From the NCBI GenBank assembly GCA_964618635.1, contig CAZUDM010000012.1, positions 2,315-66,314 of the forward strand: a stretch of 64,000 bases of DNA, read 5' to 3'. The notes beneath the pieces are model-generated. The model was not told the origin of the DNA. It did not search any database and saw only the letters and a program-made list of their open reading frames with translations. A program made the position numbers and the translations under genes. The stretch comes from an uncultured Spirochaetia bacterium (GTDB lineage Bacteria; Desulfobacterota_D; UBA1144; Nemesobacterales; UBA2774). Within the stretch, counting starts at the first letter, position 1. Every line of letters starts with the position of its first letter. Shown one piece after another: positions 36,077 through 45,104 of the stretch.

Positions 36077-36942
36077 AGAGCATGACGGGATTTGGAAAGA
36101 GCTCGGCCGACACCGGGTACGGGAAGGTGGCGATAGAGGCGCGCTCTGAGAATCACAGGTATCTCGACGTCAAGCTCCAGCTCCCCGATGCGCTGTCCGC
36201 CATAGAGCCCGACCTTTCCGACATCGTAAGAAAGCTCCTTCACAGGGGAAAGGTAAGAATAACCGTCTCGCTCGAAGGGCTTCAGAACGGCGCGCCGTCT
36301 CTCAACATCGAGCTCGCCAAGCAGTTCAGAAAGAACCTCGAAAAGCTGGAGAAAGAATTGGGGATAAAAGAGGATATTCGCCTCGACCACTTTCTCGCGT
36401 TGAGGGAGATATTTTCCCCGGAGCAGAAGACGAAGCCGGATGCAAAGGACGTAAAGAATATAGAGGGCGCGCTCGTAAGCGCCATCAGGAAGCTCAACGC
36501 GGCGAGAGTTTCCGAGGGGAAGAAGCTCGAGAAAGACCTCATCCGGAGAATCGGCAAGATAGAGCGGCTCACCCGCTCCATACAAAGCAAGAGAAAGGAC
36601 TTCATGAAAACCGCCTCGGCGAAGCTTAAGGAGAGGATTTCGAAGGCCCTTGAAGACGTGCAGGTAGACGAGGGCAAGCTCTACCAGGAGGCCGCATTTC
36701 TGACTGAGAGGAGCGACATTACGGAAGAGATCGTCAGGCTTAACGCCCACACGGTTAAGTTCAGGCAGACTATAAAGGACGGGGGGTCGGTCGGCAGGGA
36801 GCTCGATTTCCTCCTCCAGGAGATGAACAGGGAGGCTGGGACTATATCGGCCAAAGCCAAGGACGCCGAGATTTCCCACATCACCATAGACCTCCGCTCG
36901 GAGCTCGAAAAGATAAGGGAGCAGATACAGAACATAGAATAG
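36073..36942 (+). CDS. yicC: YicC-family stress-induced protein/endoribonuclease
   Basis: 289 aa. The N-terminus is MKSMTGFGKS...ARSENHRYLDVKLQLP. The C-terminal helical domain ends ...EKIREQIQNIE. Confidence 0.85.
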   Translation: MKSMTGFGKSSADTGYGKVAIEARSENHRYLDVKLQLPDALSAIEPDLSDIVRKLLHRGKVRITVSLEGLQNGAPSLNIELAKQFRKNLEKLEKELGIKEDIRLDHFLALREIFSPEQKTKPDAKDVKNIEGALVSAIRKLNAARVSEGKKLEKDLIRRIGKIERLTRSIQSKRKDFMKTASAKLKERISKALEDVQVDEGKLYQEAAFLTERSDITEEIVRLNAHTVKFRQTIKDGGSVGRELDFLLQEMNREAGTISAKAKDAEISHITIDLRSELEKIREQIQNIE

Positions 36943-37084
36943 GGGCATCATTACGCTGGGCCTACGAGCCGTTCGTGCCCACAGGCGGCGGGTTGAAAGG
37001 GTTTTTTCGCTATGTTATGATTCCATTCCGCTGAATTAAGATAAATCCACATTTGAAAGGTTATTCCCGAGGAGTGAATAAACA

Positions 37085-37954
37085 ATGAGTATCCTGGTCA
37101 ACCGGAACAGTAAGGTCATCGTACAGGGCATCACGGGGAGCGCGGGCCTCTTCCACGCCACGCAGTGCAGGGACTACGGCACTAACGTGGTCGGCGGGGT
37201 TACGCCCGGAAAGGGGGGGACGGAAGTAGAGGGGTTCCCTGTATTCGACTCTGTTTCCGACGCCGTCGAGAAAACGGGGGCGGATACGTCCCTCATATTC
37301 GTTCCGGCGGCCTTCGCGATGGACTCGATGGTCGAGGCGATAGACGCCGGCGTCGGGCTCGTTATCTGCATCACGGAAGGCGTTCCGACACAGGATATGA
37401 TAAAGGTCAAGAAATACCTCTCGGGAAAGAAGTCGAGGCTCATCGGCCCCAACTGCCCCGGCGTAATGACACCGGGAGAGGCGAAGGTCGGCATCATGCC
37501 GGGCTACATACACATGCCAGGGCGCGTCGGGATCATATCCCGCAGCGGCACGCTGACCTACGAGGCCGTCTGGCAGCTCTCGAACCTCAAGATCGGGCAG
37601 TCGACGTGCGTCGGCATCGGCGGCGACCCGATAATCGGCTCGACGTTCATAGACATTCTCGGGCTCTTCCAGGAAGATAAGGACACGGACGCCATAATCA
37701 TGATAGGCGAAATCGGCGGAAGCGCCGAGGAAGAAGCGGCCGAGTTCATAAAGAGTAACGTCACGAAGCCGGTAGTTGCCTTCATCGCGGGCTCGACGGC
37801 GCCCAAGGGAAAGAGGATGGGCCACGCAGGCGCCATCATTTCCGGAAGCTCCGGAAGCGCCAGGGATAAAGTTGCCGCGCTCGAAAGGGCCGGCGTCAGG
37901 GTGAGCCCGAGCCCTGCCGAGATGGGCGAAACCCTTAGGGACGCTATAAATTAA
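37085..37954 (+). CDS. sucD: Succinate--CoA ligase [ADP/GDP-forming] subunit alpha
   Basis: 289 aa. Contains the CoA-binding motif [12 protein letters not shown] and the catalytic-His region GHAGAIISG. No sucC lies upstream. Confidence 0.9.
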   Translation: MSILVNRNSKVIVQGITGSAGLFHATQCRDYGTNVVGGVTPGKGGTEVEGFPVFDSVSDAVEKTGADTSLIFVPAAFAMDSMVEAIDAGVGLVICITEGVPTQDMIKVKKYLSGKKSRLIGPNCPGVMTPGEAKVGIMPGYIHMPGRVGIISRSGTLTYEAVWQLSNLKIGQSTCVGIGGDPIIGSTFIDILGLFQEDKDTDAIIMIGEIGGSAEEEAAEFIKSNVTKPVVAFIAGSTAPKGKRMGHAGAIISGSSGSARDKVAALERAGVRVSPSPAEMGETLRDAIN

Positions 37955-38906
37955 GCTTTATATAGAGATCGATATTTTCCCGGAGCCAGTTGTAGTGCTC
38001 CGTCAGCCCTTCCCTGATACCGAAGACGGGGGAGTAGTTAAAATCCCTCTCCGCTTTTGACACGTCGGCCGAGGTGTGCCGCGCGTCGCCCCTTTCGGAG
38101 TCCTTGTAATCGATCTTTATCTTCGCGCCTGAAATTTCCTCTATGAGGCGTATCGCGTCGATGAGCTTTATCCGCGTCCCGCCGCCTATGTTGTAGCTCT
38201 CGCCGTTTACGCCGTCGGAAAAAGCCCGGAGATTCGCTTCCACGGCGTCGGCGACGAACGTGAAGTCGCGCGTCTGCTCGCCCGTGCCGAAGACCGTTAT
38301 TCCGCCGCCGGTTATCGCCGCCCTCACGAACCTGTGAAAGGCCATGTCGGGGCGCTGGCGCGGGCCGTAAACGGTGAAATACCTGAGGGAGACGACGGGC
38401 ACGCCGTAGCCTTTGTAGTAGAGCGTCGCGAGGTTCTCGCCCGCGAGCTTCGTCACGCCGTAAGGCGAGACGGGCCTCAGCTGAACGTCCTCCCTCGTCG
38501 GGAACGCCTCTGCGTCGCCGTAGACGGAAGAGGACGAGGCGTAGACGAATTTTTTGAGATTTCTGTCCTTCGCGGCTTCGAGGAGGAGCTGTGTGCAGGA
38601 GATGTTGTTCTTTACGTACTCGCTGAACCTACCGCCCCAGCTGGTCCTTACGCCGGCGATGGCGGCCTGGTGGTATACGCCCTCGACGCCGGAAAGGAGC
38701 TCGCCCAGGTCGAGGTCTATAATGTCTCCCTCGACGAATTTGAATCCCGGCTTTCCGAGGAGGGATTTCATATTATTCTCTTTAATCTCGCGTGGGTAAA
38801 AGTCGAGGAACGAGTCCACGCCGAGGACGCTGTGGCCGTCCGCCAGAAGCCTTTCAGCGAGGTGTGAGCCAATGAATCCCGAAACCCCTGTCACCAGTAT
38901 TCGCAT
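37944..38906 (-). CDS. NAD-dependent epimerase/dehydratase (extended SDR; UDP-sugar 4-epimerase/decarboxylase-like)
   Basis: 320 aa. The N-terminal [12 protein letters not shown] Rossmann motif and a YxxxK catalytic region are present. Confidence 0.8.
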   Translation of the reverse strand: MRILVTGVSGFIGSHLAERLLADGHSVLGVDSFLDFYPREIKENNMKSLLGKPGFKFVEGDIIDLDLGELLSGVEGVYHQAAIAGVRTSWGGRFSEYVKNNISCTQLLLEAAKDRNLKKFVYASSSSVYGDAEAFPTREDVQLRPVSPYGVTKLAGENLATLYYKGYGVPVVSLRYFTVYGPRQRPDMAFHRFVRAAITGGGITVFGTGEQTRDFTFVADAVEANLRAFSDGVNGESYNIGGGTRIKLIDAIRLIEEISGAKIKIDYKDSERGDARHTSADVSKAERDFNYSPVFGIREGLTEHYNWLRENIDLYIKLNL

Positions 38907-38955
38907 GTTGTAAAGCCGCCTCCCGGAAGTTATTTATTCCCCGCGCGGCCGCCGT

Positions 38956-38984
38956 TTGACAAAAATCCGGAGGGGAAATAGATT
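38956..38984 (+). promoter_or_regulatory. Near-consensus sigma-70 promoter (-35 TTGACA, 17-nt spacer, -10 TAGATT), giving an almost leaderless transcript for the 38994 gene
   Basis: TTGACA lies at 38956-38961 and TAGATT at 38979-38984. The ATG at 38994 lies about 9 nt after the -10, with no Shine-Dalgarno sequence. Confidence 0.45.
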
Positions 38985-38993
38985 TGTATACGA

Positions 38994-39458
38994 ATGAAAA
39001 CCGGAATAATAATACCCCTCATTTTACTCGCGGTCACTGCGGCCCCGGTCGTATCCTCGGCCATACCCCGGCCGTGCTCAGAGGATGAGCTTCTCGAAAG
39101 CTCGGACTATGCGGTGGAAGGGACAGTGACGAAGGTCGAATGCGGGGAGGCGTACGACTCCGGGGAATGCAGATCCATAGACGGAGAGAGCGGCTTTAAG
39201 CCGGAGATGGTTGCGAAATGCACTGCAACCGTATCCGTCACGAAGAGCTTAAAGGGAGACTACGCCCCCGGAAGCGAGGCGCCTTTGCCGTTTTTGAAGG
39301 TCGTCTCTCCGTGCGAGAACGGGAGCCATATTATTCCCGGAAGCCCTAAAGCGAGCCTCTCAGATAGCATGCTTGTAAGGTATTACAACTCCGGAACGTG
39401 CAGGTACTCGAATCTCGAAATTCTCCCCACCCCTACTCCCGGGCCCCAGAATAAATAA
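38994..39458 (+). CDS. Secreted cysteine-rich hypothetical protein (8 Cys; signal peptide)
   Basis: 154 aa. The signal peptide is MKTGIIIPLILLAVTAAPVVSSA. No recognisable domain. Confidence 0.5.
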   Translation: MKTGIIIPLILLAVTAAPVVSSAIPRPCSEDELLESSDYAVEGTVTKVECGEAYDSGECRSIDGESGFKPEMVAKCTATVSVTKSLKGDYAPGSEAPLPFLKVVSPCENGSHIIPGSPKASLSDSMLVRYYNSGTCRYSNLEILPTPTPGPQNK

Positions 39459-39515
39459 TCCATTTTTTCCGAAAGCCCGGTATAATTCCGAAAGCGTTAC
39501 CCAGGGGTCGTTCAC

Positions 39516-41099
39516 ATGCCGCTAAGCTCCTTTGAGCTCGAAATATTCAGGAACATACTGAGCTCGATAGCCGAGGAAATGGGAGTCGTCCTCGTCAGGG
39601 CCGCGTTCTCGCCGAATATAAAAGAGAGGCGGGACCTCTCCTGCGCAATATTCAAGACGGACGGCGAGATGATAGCCCAGGCCGCGCACATACCCGTGCA
39701 CTTGGGATCGATGAGCTTTGCGGTGAGGGCTATAATCGACGAGCCGGATACAGCGCCGGGCGACGTATTCATACTGAACGATCCGTATAAAGGCGGGACA
39801 CACCTACCCGACGTCACCTGCATTGCTCCCGTATTCATCGGCGGGAAGCTGGAATTTTACGTGGCGGCGCGGGCCCACCACGCCGACATAGGCGGCCTTA
39901 CGCCCGGCTCTATGCCGCTTTCGACTTCGATACACGAGGAAGGGCTACTGATCCCGCCTTCGAGACTCTACAGGAAAGGACAGCAAAACGAGAAACTATT
40001 CGACGAAATCCTCTCTGCAACGAGGGACCCCGAGGAAAGGGAGGGTGACCTCTGTGCGCAGCTGGGATCACTCGAGCTCGGGGTTAAGAGGCTGAATCAC
40101 GCGGCGGAAAAATATTCGCTCCGGAAGATAAAGGATGCCGGCGACGAGCTCCTTTCGTACAGCGAGAAGATGATGAGGGAGGTCATCAGGCAGATACCCG
40201 ACGGCAGGTACGAATTCTCGGACTTTCTCGACGACGACGGGGCAGGAACGAAGAACATACCGATAAAGGTCGCTATAGACATTAAAGGCGGCGGGGCCGT
40301 CGTCGACTTTGCGGGCACGTCGAAGATGGTGAAGGGGTGCGTGAATACACCGCTGAGCGTTACGACGGCGGCCGTCGTCTACGTATTCCAGTGCATGGCT
40401 CCGACGGAGATGCCGTTAAATTCCGGGCCGCTCCGCGCGATACGTATCGCCGCCGAAAAAGGCTCGATACTGCACGCGAAGTACCCGGCCGCCGTCGTGG
40501 GCGGAAACACGGAGACCTCGCAGCGCGTCGTGGATGTGGTGTTCGGGGCGCTGTCGAATGCGGCGCCTGAAAAAATCCCTGCGGCCAGCGCGGGCACTAT
40601 GAGCAATACTACGTTCGGGGGCGTAAATCCCGCTACAGGAAAGAAGTTCGCCTACTACGAGACTATAGCCGGGGGGATGGGCGGAAGATACGGGAAGGAC
40701 GGCGTGAGCGCGGTGCAGACGCACATGACGAATACGCTCAACACACCTATCGAGGCCCTCGAGAGGGAGCTCCCGGTGATGATAGATTCCTACAGCGTCA
40801 GGAGGGGGAGCGGAGGCACGGGGCGGTACAGGGGCGGGGACGGTATAGTGAGGGAGTACAGGTTCCTTACGGATGCTGTTCTGTCGATCATAACCGAGAG
40901 GAGAACGCACTCTCCCTACGGCGTTGAAGGCGGAGGGAGCGGGAAAAGGGGCAGGAACACGCTCACGAGACGCGGAAAAAATATACGGATTGCACCGAAG
41001 GCGACGCTGGAAATAAAGAAGGGGGATGTCCTCGGCATAGAGACGCCGGGGGGCGGAGGATGGGGGAAAGCTCCGAAACGAGGCGGTGCGCGCAGATGA
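39516..41099 (+). CDS. hyuB: Hydantoinase B/oxoprolinase family protein (HyuB-like), no HyuA partner
   Basis: 527 aa. The conserved N-terminus FELEIFRNILSSIAEEMGVVLVRAAFSPNIKERRDLSCAIF...AHIPVHLGSM matches PF02538. Confidence 0.8.
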   Translation: MPLSSFELEIFRNILSSIAEEMGVVLVRAAFSPNIKERRDLSCAIFKTDGEMIAQAAHIPVHLGSMSFAVRAIIDEPDTAPGDVFILNDPYKGGTHLPDVTCIAPVFIGGKLEFYVAARAHHADIGGLTPGSMPLSTSIHEEGLLIPPSRLYRKGQQNEKLFDEILSATRDPEEREGDLCAQLGSLELGVKRLNHAAEKYSLRKIKDAGDELLSYSEKMMREVIRQIPDGRYEFSDFLDDDGAGTKNIPIKVAIDIKGGGAVVDFAGTSKMVKGCVNTPLSVTTAAVVYVFQCMAPTEMPLNSGPLRAIRIAAEKGSILHAKYPAAVVGGNTETSQRVVDVVFGALSNAAPEKIPAASAGTMSNTTFGGVNPATGKKFAYYETIAGGMGGRYGKDGVSAVQTHMTNTLNTPIEALERELPVMIDSYSVRRGSGGTGRYRGGDGIVREYRFLTDAVLSIITERRTHSPYGVEGGGSGKRGRNTLTRRGKNIRIAPKATLEIKKGDVLGIETPGGGGWGKAPKRGGARR

Positions 41100-42319
41100 C
41101 GGAATATCCGAAGCTGAGATACATAGAGGCGATACCTTCGGAGGCCGAGGGGGAAAAGGTTATATACCTGAGAGACCCTCAGAACCCCGGGGGCAACGTG
41201 CTCGCTGTTTCGCCGGGGACGGTTCTCGCCCTCACGCTTTTTAACGGGGAGAACAGCGTCGATGACGTATGCAGGATTCTCTCCCAAAAGTACGGAGGCG
41301 ACGTCAGGAAAGAGGACGTCGAGAATCTCGTGGCGAAGCTCGACGAGGCGCTTTTCCTCGACAGCAAGCGATACAGGGATTACAGGAACGGCGTCGAGCG
41401 CGAGTTCAGGGAATCGGACGTGAGGGAGCCGGAATTCGCGGGGCTCTCCTATCCTGCGTCAGCGCCGGAGCTGGAAGAATGGTTCGCTGCGTTCCTTAAA
41501 GAAGCTGGCGGCGGAAATGCAGCCAACGGGAACGGGAGACTGAAAGGGATAATATCTCCCCACATAGACTACAGCCGCGGAGGAGTGTCGTACGCCAGGG
41601 CGTATGCCGCTCTTCCCGAGAGCGCGGCGGACGTCTTTATCATATTCGGGACCTCTCATTATGCGCTGGTGGACAATCCGTTTATATTGACGCGAAAAAA
41701 TTTCAGGACGCCCCTCGGCGAGGCGAAGACGGACAGGAACATAGTAGGGAGGCTCGAGGCCGCGTGCGGGTGGGACCTCTTCGAGGGCGAGATTTCGCAC
41801 CGTACGGAGCACTCTATAGAATTTCAGGTCGCGTTCCTCCAGCACATGCTGAACGGCAAGAGGGGCTTCACGATAGTGCCAGTATTGTGCAATTCCTTTC
41901 ATAGAATGGTGATGGAAGGAATCTCCCCTTCAGAAGACGGGCGCGTGTCGAAGTTCCTGGAGGAGATGAAGGTGATAACCTCGGGACTCGGGGACAGGGC
42001 GTTTATAATAGCGGGGGCCGACATGGCTCACGTCGGCCTCAAGTTCGGAGACAGCGAGAGCGTGAACGAGGCCACGCTCGGCGTGATAAGGGAAAGGGAC
42101 CTCTCGTCCCTCGCCTTCGGCGAAAAAATGGACGCCGAGGGATTTTACAGGTCCATAGAGGCCGAGAAGGACTGGCGGAAGATATGCGGGCTCTCGCCCA
42201 TATACGCCGCGCTATCGACAATGGAAGCAAAGAAGGGCGTTTTACTCGACTACGACCAGGCGCTGGAGCCCGATACCGGCTCCGTCGTCAGCTTCGCCAG
42301 CATGGGGTTTTACCGGTAA
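41096..42319 (+). CDS. Fusion protein: N-terminal PqqD-like RiPP-recognition element (RRE) domain plus a Memo1-like (AmmeMemoRadiSam system protein B family) domain
   Basis: Start MTEYPK (ATGA overlap with hyuB stop). Residues ~105-407 align block-wise to human MEMO1 (GIISPHIDYSRGG/IIFGTSHY/EHSIEFQ/FTIVPVL/ICGLSPI). Residues ~20-95 align to PqqD (LFNGENSVDDVCRILSQKYGG...VRKEDVENLVAKLDE vs [21 protein letters not shown]...[15 protein letters not shown]). Confidence 0.7.
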   Translation: MTEYPKLRYIEAIPSEAEGEKVIYLRDPQNPGGNVLAVSPGTVLALTLFNGENSVDDVCRILSQKYGGDVRKEDVENLVAKLDEALFLDSKRYRDYRNGVEREFRESDVREPEFAGLSYPASAPELEEWFAAFLKEAGGGNAANGNGRLKGIISPHIDYSRGGVSYARAYAALPESAADVFIIFGTSHYALVDNPFILTRKNFRTPLGEAKTDRNIVGRLEAACGWDLFEGEISHRTEHSIEFQVAFLQHMLNGKRGFTIVPVLCNSFHRMVMEGISPSEDGRVSKFLEEMKVITSGLGDRAFIIAGADMAHVGLKFGDSESVNEATLGVIRERDLSSLAFGEKMDAEGFYRSIEAEKDWRKICGLSPIYAALSTMEAKKGVLLDYDQALEPDTGSVVSFASMGFYR

Positions 42320-42422
42320 TCCCGAATCCGTATAACATACGGGCGAATCATCAGGCATTATAATCTCTACAATCTGATAAAGTCGGGCGGTGCGGCGACG
42401 CCGCAAGCCGCGCACATAACTT

Positions 42423-43400
42423 ATGGATACCGGGATGCCGAAAGACCTTTTCATACTCGACGCGCACGAGGACATCGCTTTTCATCTTAACTACTTCGAC
42501 AGGGACTTCGTAAACCCCGAGTCACCCTGCATGATAACGCTTCCGTGGCTGAAAGAAGGAAAGGTGAGGCTTTTGTTCAACACGATATTCGTTCACCCGA
42601 AGCATAAGCCCGGGAAGACTATCGAGTCGGCGCTCGCCCAGTTCGACACGTACGAGAAAATCTACCGCGAGCACGCGGACGAGGTGTTTCATGTTAAGAC
42701 GGCAAGCGACCTGGACGATATAGAGCGAAGCCCGCGCACAGGGTTCCTTACGCTCATGGAAGGGGCGGACCCTGTGGAATCGCCGGAGAAGCTCGGCGAG
42801 TTCTACGAGAGGGGCGTCCGGATCATCGGGCTCTCCTGGAACGACAAGAACATTTACGCGTCGGGAAACGATACGGGCGAGGGCCTCTCGGAAGAAGGGA
42901 AGAGGCTCATCGGGCAGATGAACAGGCTTGGGATAACGCTCGACCTCTCACACATAAACGAAAAGGGGTTCTGGGAGGCGATAGAGCTGACAGAGCTGAT
43001 ACCGATTGCGTCGCACTCGAACGCGAGGGCCGTAACCGACCATCCGAGAAACCTCAGGGATGAGCAGATAACGGCCATAGCCGGGCGGGGCGGAGTTGTG
43101 GGGCTCGTGTTATATAACCAGTTCCTCAAAACCGGCGAGGGGACGCCGACTCTCGAAGACGTTTTCACTCACGCGGATTATGTTGTGAATCTCGTCGGCG
43201 AGGACCACGTCGGCATCGGGAGTGACATGGACGGGGCGCGTATAGAAGACTTTCCCGAGGGGCTGAGAAGGATTTCGGACCTTCCGAAGATCGCCGGTTT
43301 TTTCCTGGAGAAGGGCTATTCCGAAGAGAGGGTGAGAAAGATAATGGGCGGGAATTTTCTAAGGGTGATGAGGGAAAATCTCCGCCGTGCTTCCGCCTGA
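42423..43400 (+). CDS. Membrane dipeptidase, peptidase family M19 (renal dipeptidase-like)
   Basis: 325 aa. The M19 metal-binding motifs are present: DAHED, SHSNARA, GIGSDMDG. Confidence 0.8.
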   Translation: MDTGMPKDLFILDAHEDIAFHLNYFDRDFVNPESPCMITLPWLKEGKVRLLFNTIFVHPKHKPGKTIESALAQFDTYEKIYREHADEVFHVKTASDLDDIERSPRTGFLTLMEGADPVESPEKLGEFYERGVRIIGLSWNDKNIYASGNDTGEGLSEEGKRLIGQMNRLGITLDLSHINEKGFWEAIELTELIPIASHSNARAVTDHPRNLRDEQITAIAGRGGVVGLVLYNQFLKTGEGTPTLEDVFTHADYVVNLVGEDHVGIGSDMDGARIEDFPEGLRRISDLPKIAGFFLEKGYSEERVRKIMGGNFLRVMRENLRRASA

Positions 43401-43425
43401 TCCGAATCCCGGGCGGGTTCGGGAA

Positions 43426-43743
43426 TCATTCGCTCGATTTAACCGCGCTCAGAATTTCCCGGGCCTTCTTTCTGTTGTAATCGTCCGCTTTACCCATTAT
43501 AAAAAACCAGTCGATTATCCAGAGTATCCCGAACAGCCCCGCCGTCAGGAGCTTTAGTATTCCCATACCTATGCTGCCGACATAGAAACGGTCGATCCCG
43601 AGCGTGCCGAGGAGTATCGACAGTATAAGGGCGATGGTCCTGTCTTTCTTGCTCGAATTGTATTGCGAGAGGAAGAGCATTTTCTGCTGGTCGGTCAATC
43701 CCTGCTGCATTGTCGCAAGCTCCATCGGGCTCAGGTCGGCCAT
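43426..43743 (-). CDS. TM2 domain-containing membrane protein
   Basis: 105 aa. The TM2 signature ILSILLGTLGIDRFYVGSIGMGILKL is present. Confidence 0.7.
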   Translation of the reverse strand: MADLSPMELATMQQGLTDQQKMLFLSQYNSSKKDRTIALILSILLGTLGIDRFYVGSIGMGILKLLTAGLFGILWIIDWFFIMGKADDYNRKKAREILSAVKSSE

Positions 43744-43927
43744 GTCGATTCTCCTTTTAGTACGGTTTTGAGCTCAGAGACCGGTATGTAGAGCGCAGGT
43801 AATATGGATTCCGTTCCCGCGAATCAGGGAGCTCTCCGGTAATTATAGAACAATGGATCGAGATTCACACAAAAAATTCTCGACGCATCGAAATCACAAT
43901 CACGGAGTGGACATGCAGTGCCCGGGT

Positions 43928-44959
43928 TTAGTCGCCCGCTTCGATCCTTCTTATAAGGGCGTCGGCGAATTCCGTCGTGCTTAACTTCCCGCCCAGATCG
44001 CGCGTCTTGTCCCCTTCCTGGAGCGCCCGGTCGTATGCGTGCTTTATCCTGTCGGCGCACTCGAAGAACTCCTCGCGGCCTTCCGTGTCGGCGATGTGGT
44101 TCAGCATCATTACGCCCGACATCAAAAGCGCGAGCGGGTTCGCTACGTTCTTTCCCGCTATGTCCGGGGCGGAGCCGTGCACCGCTTCGAATACCGCCTC
44201 CCTGTCGCCGATGTTCGCACCGGGCACCACCCCGAGCCCGCCTACGAGACCGGCGCAGAGGTCGCTGATAAGGTCGCCGTAGAGGTTCTCGAGAAGAAGG
44301 ATGTCGAACTGCGAAGGGTCCTGAACGAGCTTCATGCAGCCCGCGTCGATAATCATTTCCTGGTATTCGATGTCGGAGTATTCGAGGCTCGCTTCCTTGG
44401 ACTTGCTTATGAAGAGGCCGTCCGTCATCTTCATGATATTCGCTTTGTGAAAAACGGTGACCTTTCTCCTGTGGCGGTGGCGTGCATACTCGAACGCCCA
44501 GTGCGATATGCGCGAGCAGGCCTTTTCCGTAGCCACTTTCATGCTCATGACGACGCCGGGGGTGACGACGTTCTCTACGCCGCTGTAGAGCCCCTCTGTG
44601 TTCTCGCGTATGATGACTATGTCGACGTCGCTGAAGCGCGTCGTAACGCCCGGGAGGTTCCTCACCGGCCTCACGGCTGCATACAGGTCGAGGATTTTAC
44701 GGAGCTGTACGTTAACAGACGTGAAGCCCTTTCCTATGGGCGTCGTGCACGGCCCCTTGAGGGCGACCTTGTGCTCCTTTATCGCGTCTATGGTTTCCGC
44801 CGGCATCACGTGAAGCCCTTCTTCAAGGGCCGCAAGACCGGCCAGGTGCTCTATCCATTCTATGTCGGCGCCAGATGCCGCTATGATTTTTTCCACCGCC
44901 GCGGTAATTTCGGGGCCTATTCCGTCGCCCGGGATGATTACGATTTTGCGTGTGCTCAT
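43928..44959 (-). CDS. Isocitrate/isopropylmalate dehydrogenase family (NAD-dependent isocitrate dehydrogenase-like)
   Basis: The N-terminus is MSTRKIVIIPGDGIGPEI and the motif NLYGDLISDLCAGLVGGLG is present. About 343 aa from the internal start. The longer ORF start at 45019 is unsupported. Confidence 0.75.
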   Translation of the reverse strand: MSTRKIVIIPGDGIGPEITAAVEKIIAASGADIEWIEHLAGLAALEEGLHVMPAETIDAIKEHKVALKGPCTTPIGKGFTSVNVQLRKILDLYAAVRPVRNLPGVTTRFSDVDIVIIRENTEGLYSGVENVVTPGVVMSMKVATEKACSRISHWAFEYARHRHRRKVTVFHKANIMKMTDGLFISKSKEASLEYSDIEYQEMIIDAGCMKLVQDPSQFDILLLENLYGDLISDLCAGLVGGLGVVPGANIGDREAVFEAVHGSAPDIAGKNVANPLALLMSGVMMLNHIADTEGREEFFECADRIKHAYDRALQEGDKTRDLGGKLSTTEFADALIRRIEAGD

Positions 44960-45104
44960 GGTGGATATTGAACCCTGATTTTGGGAGGTTATCAATTCCC
45001 TGAAGTGAAACCGGGTCATTTAATAAATCGGGAGCGCGAAAAGGACACGGAAAGAAAAGATTTCAGTGCAGATGCGGCATATTACAGCAAGGCGCCGGAG
45101 ACCC

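Noticed and set aside
43401-43425. tRNA-like T-loop motif gggttcgggaatc
   Set aside because: The region is only 25 nt long. It lacks a complementary T-stem or acceptor stem and has no cloverleaf. The similar motif at 63018-63030 (gggttcgaaat) also lacks stems.
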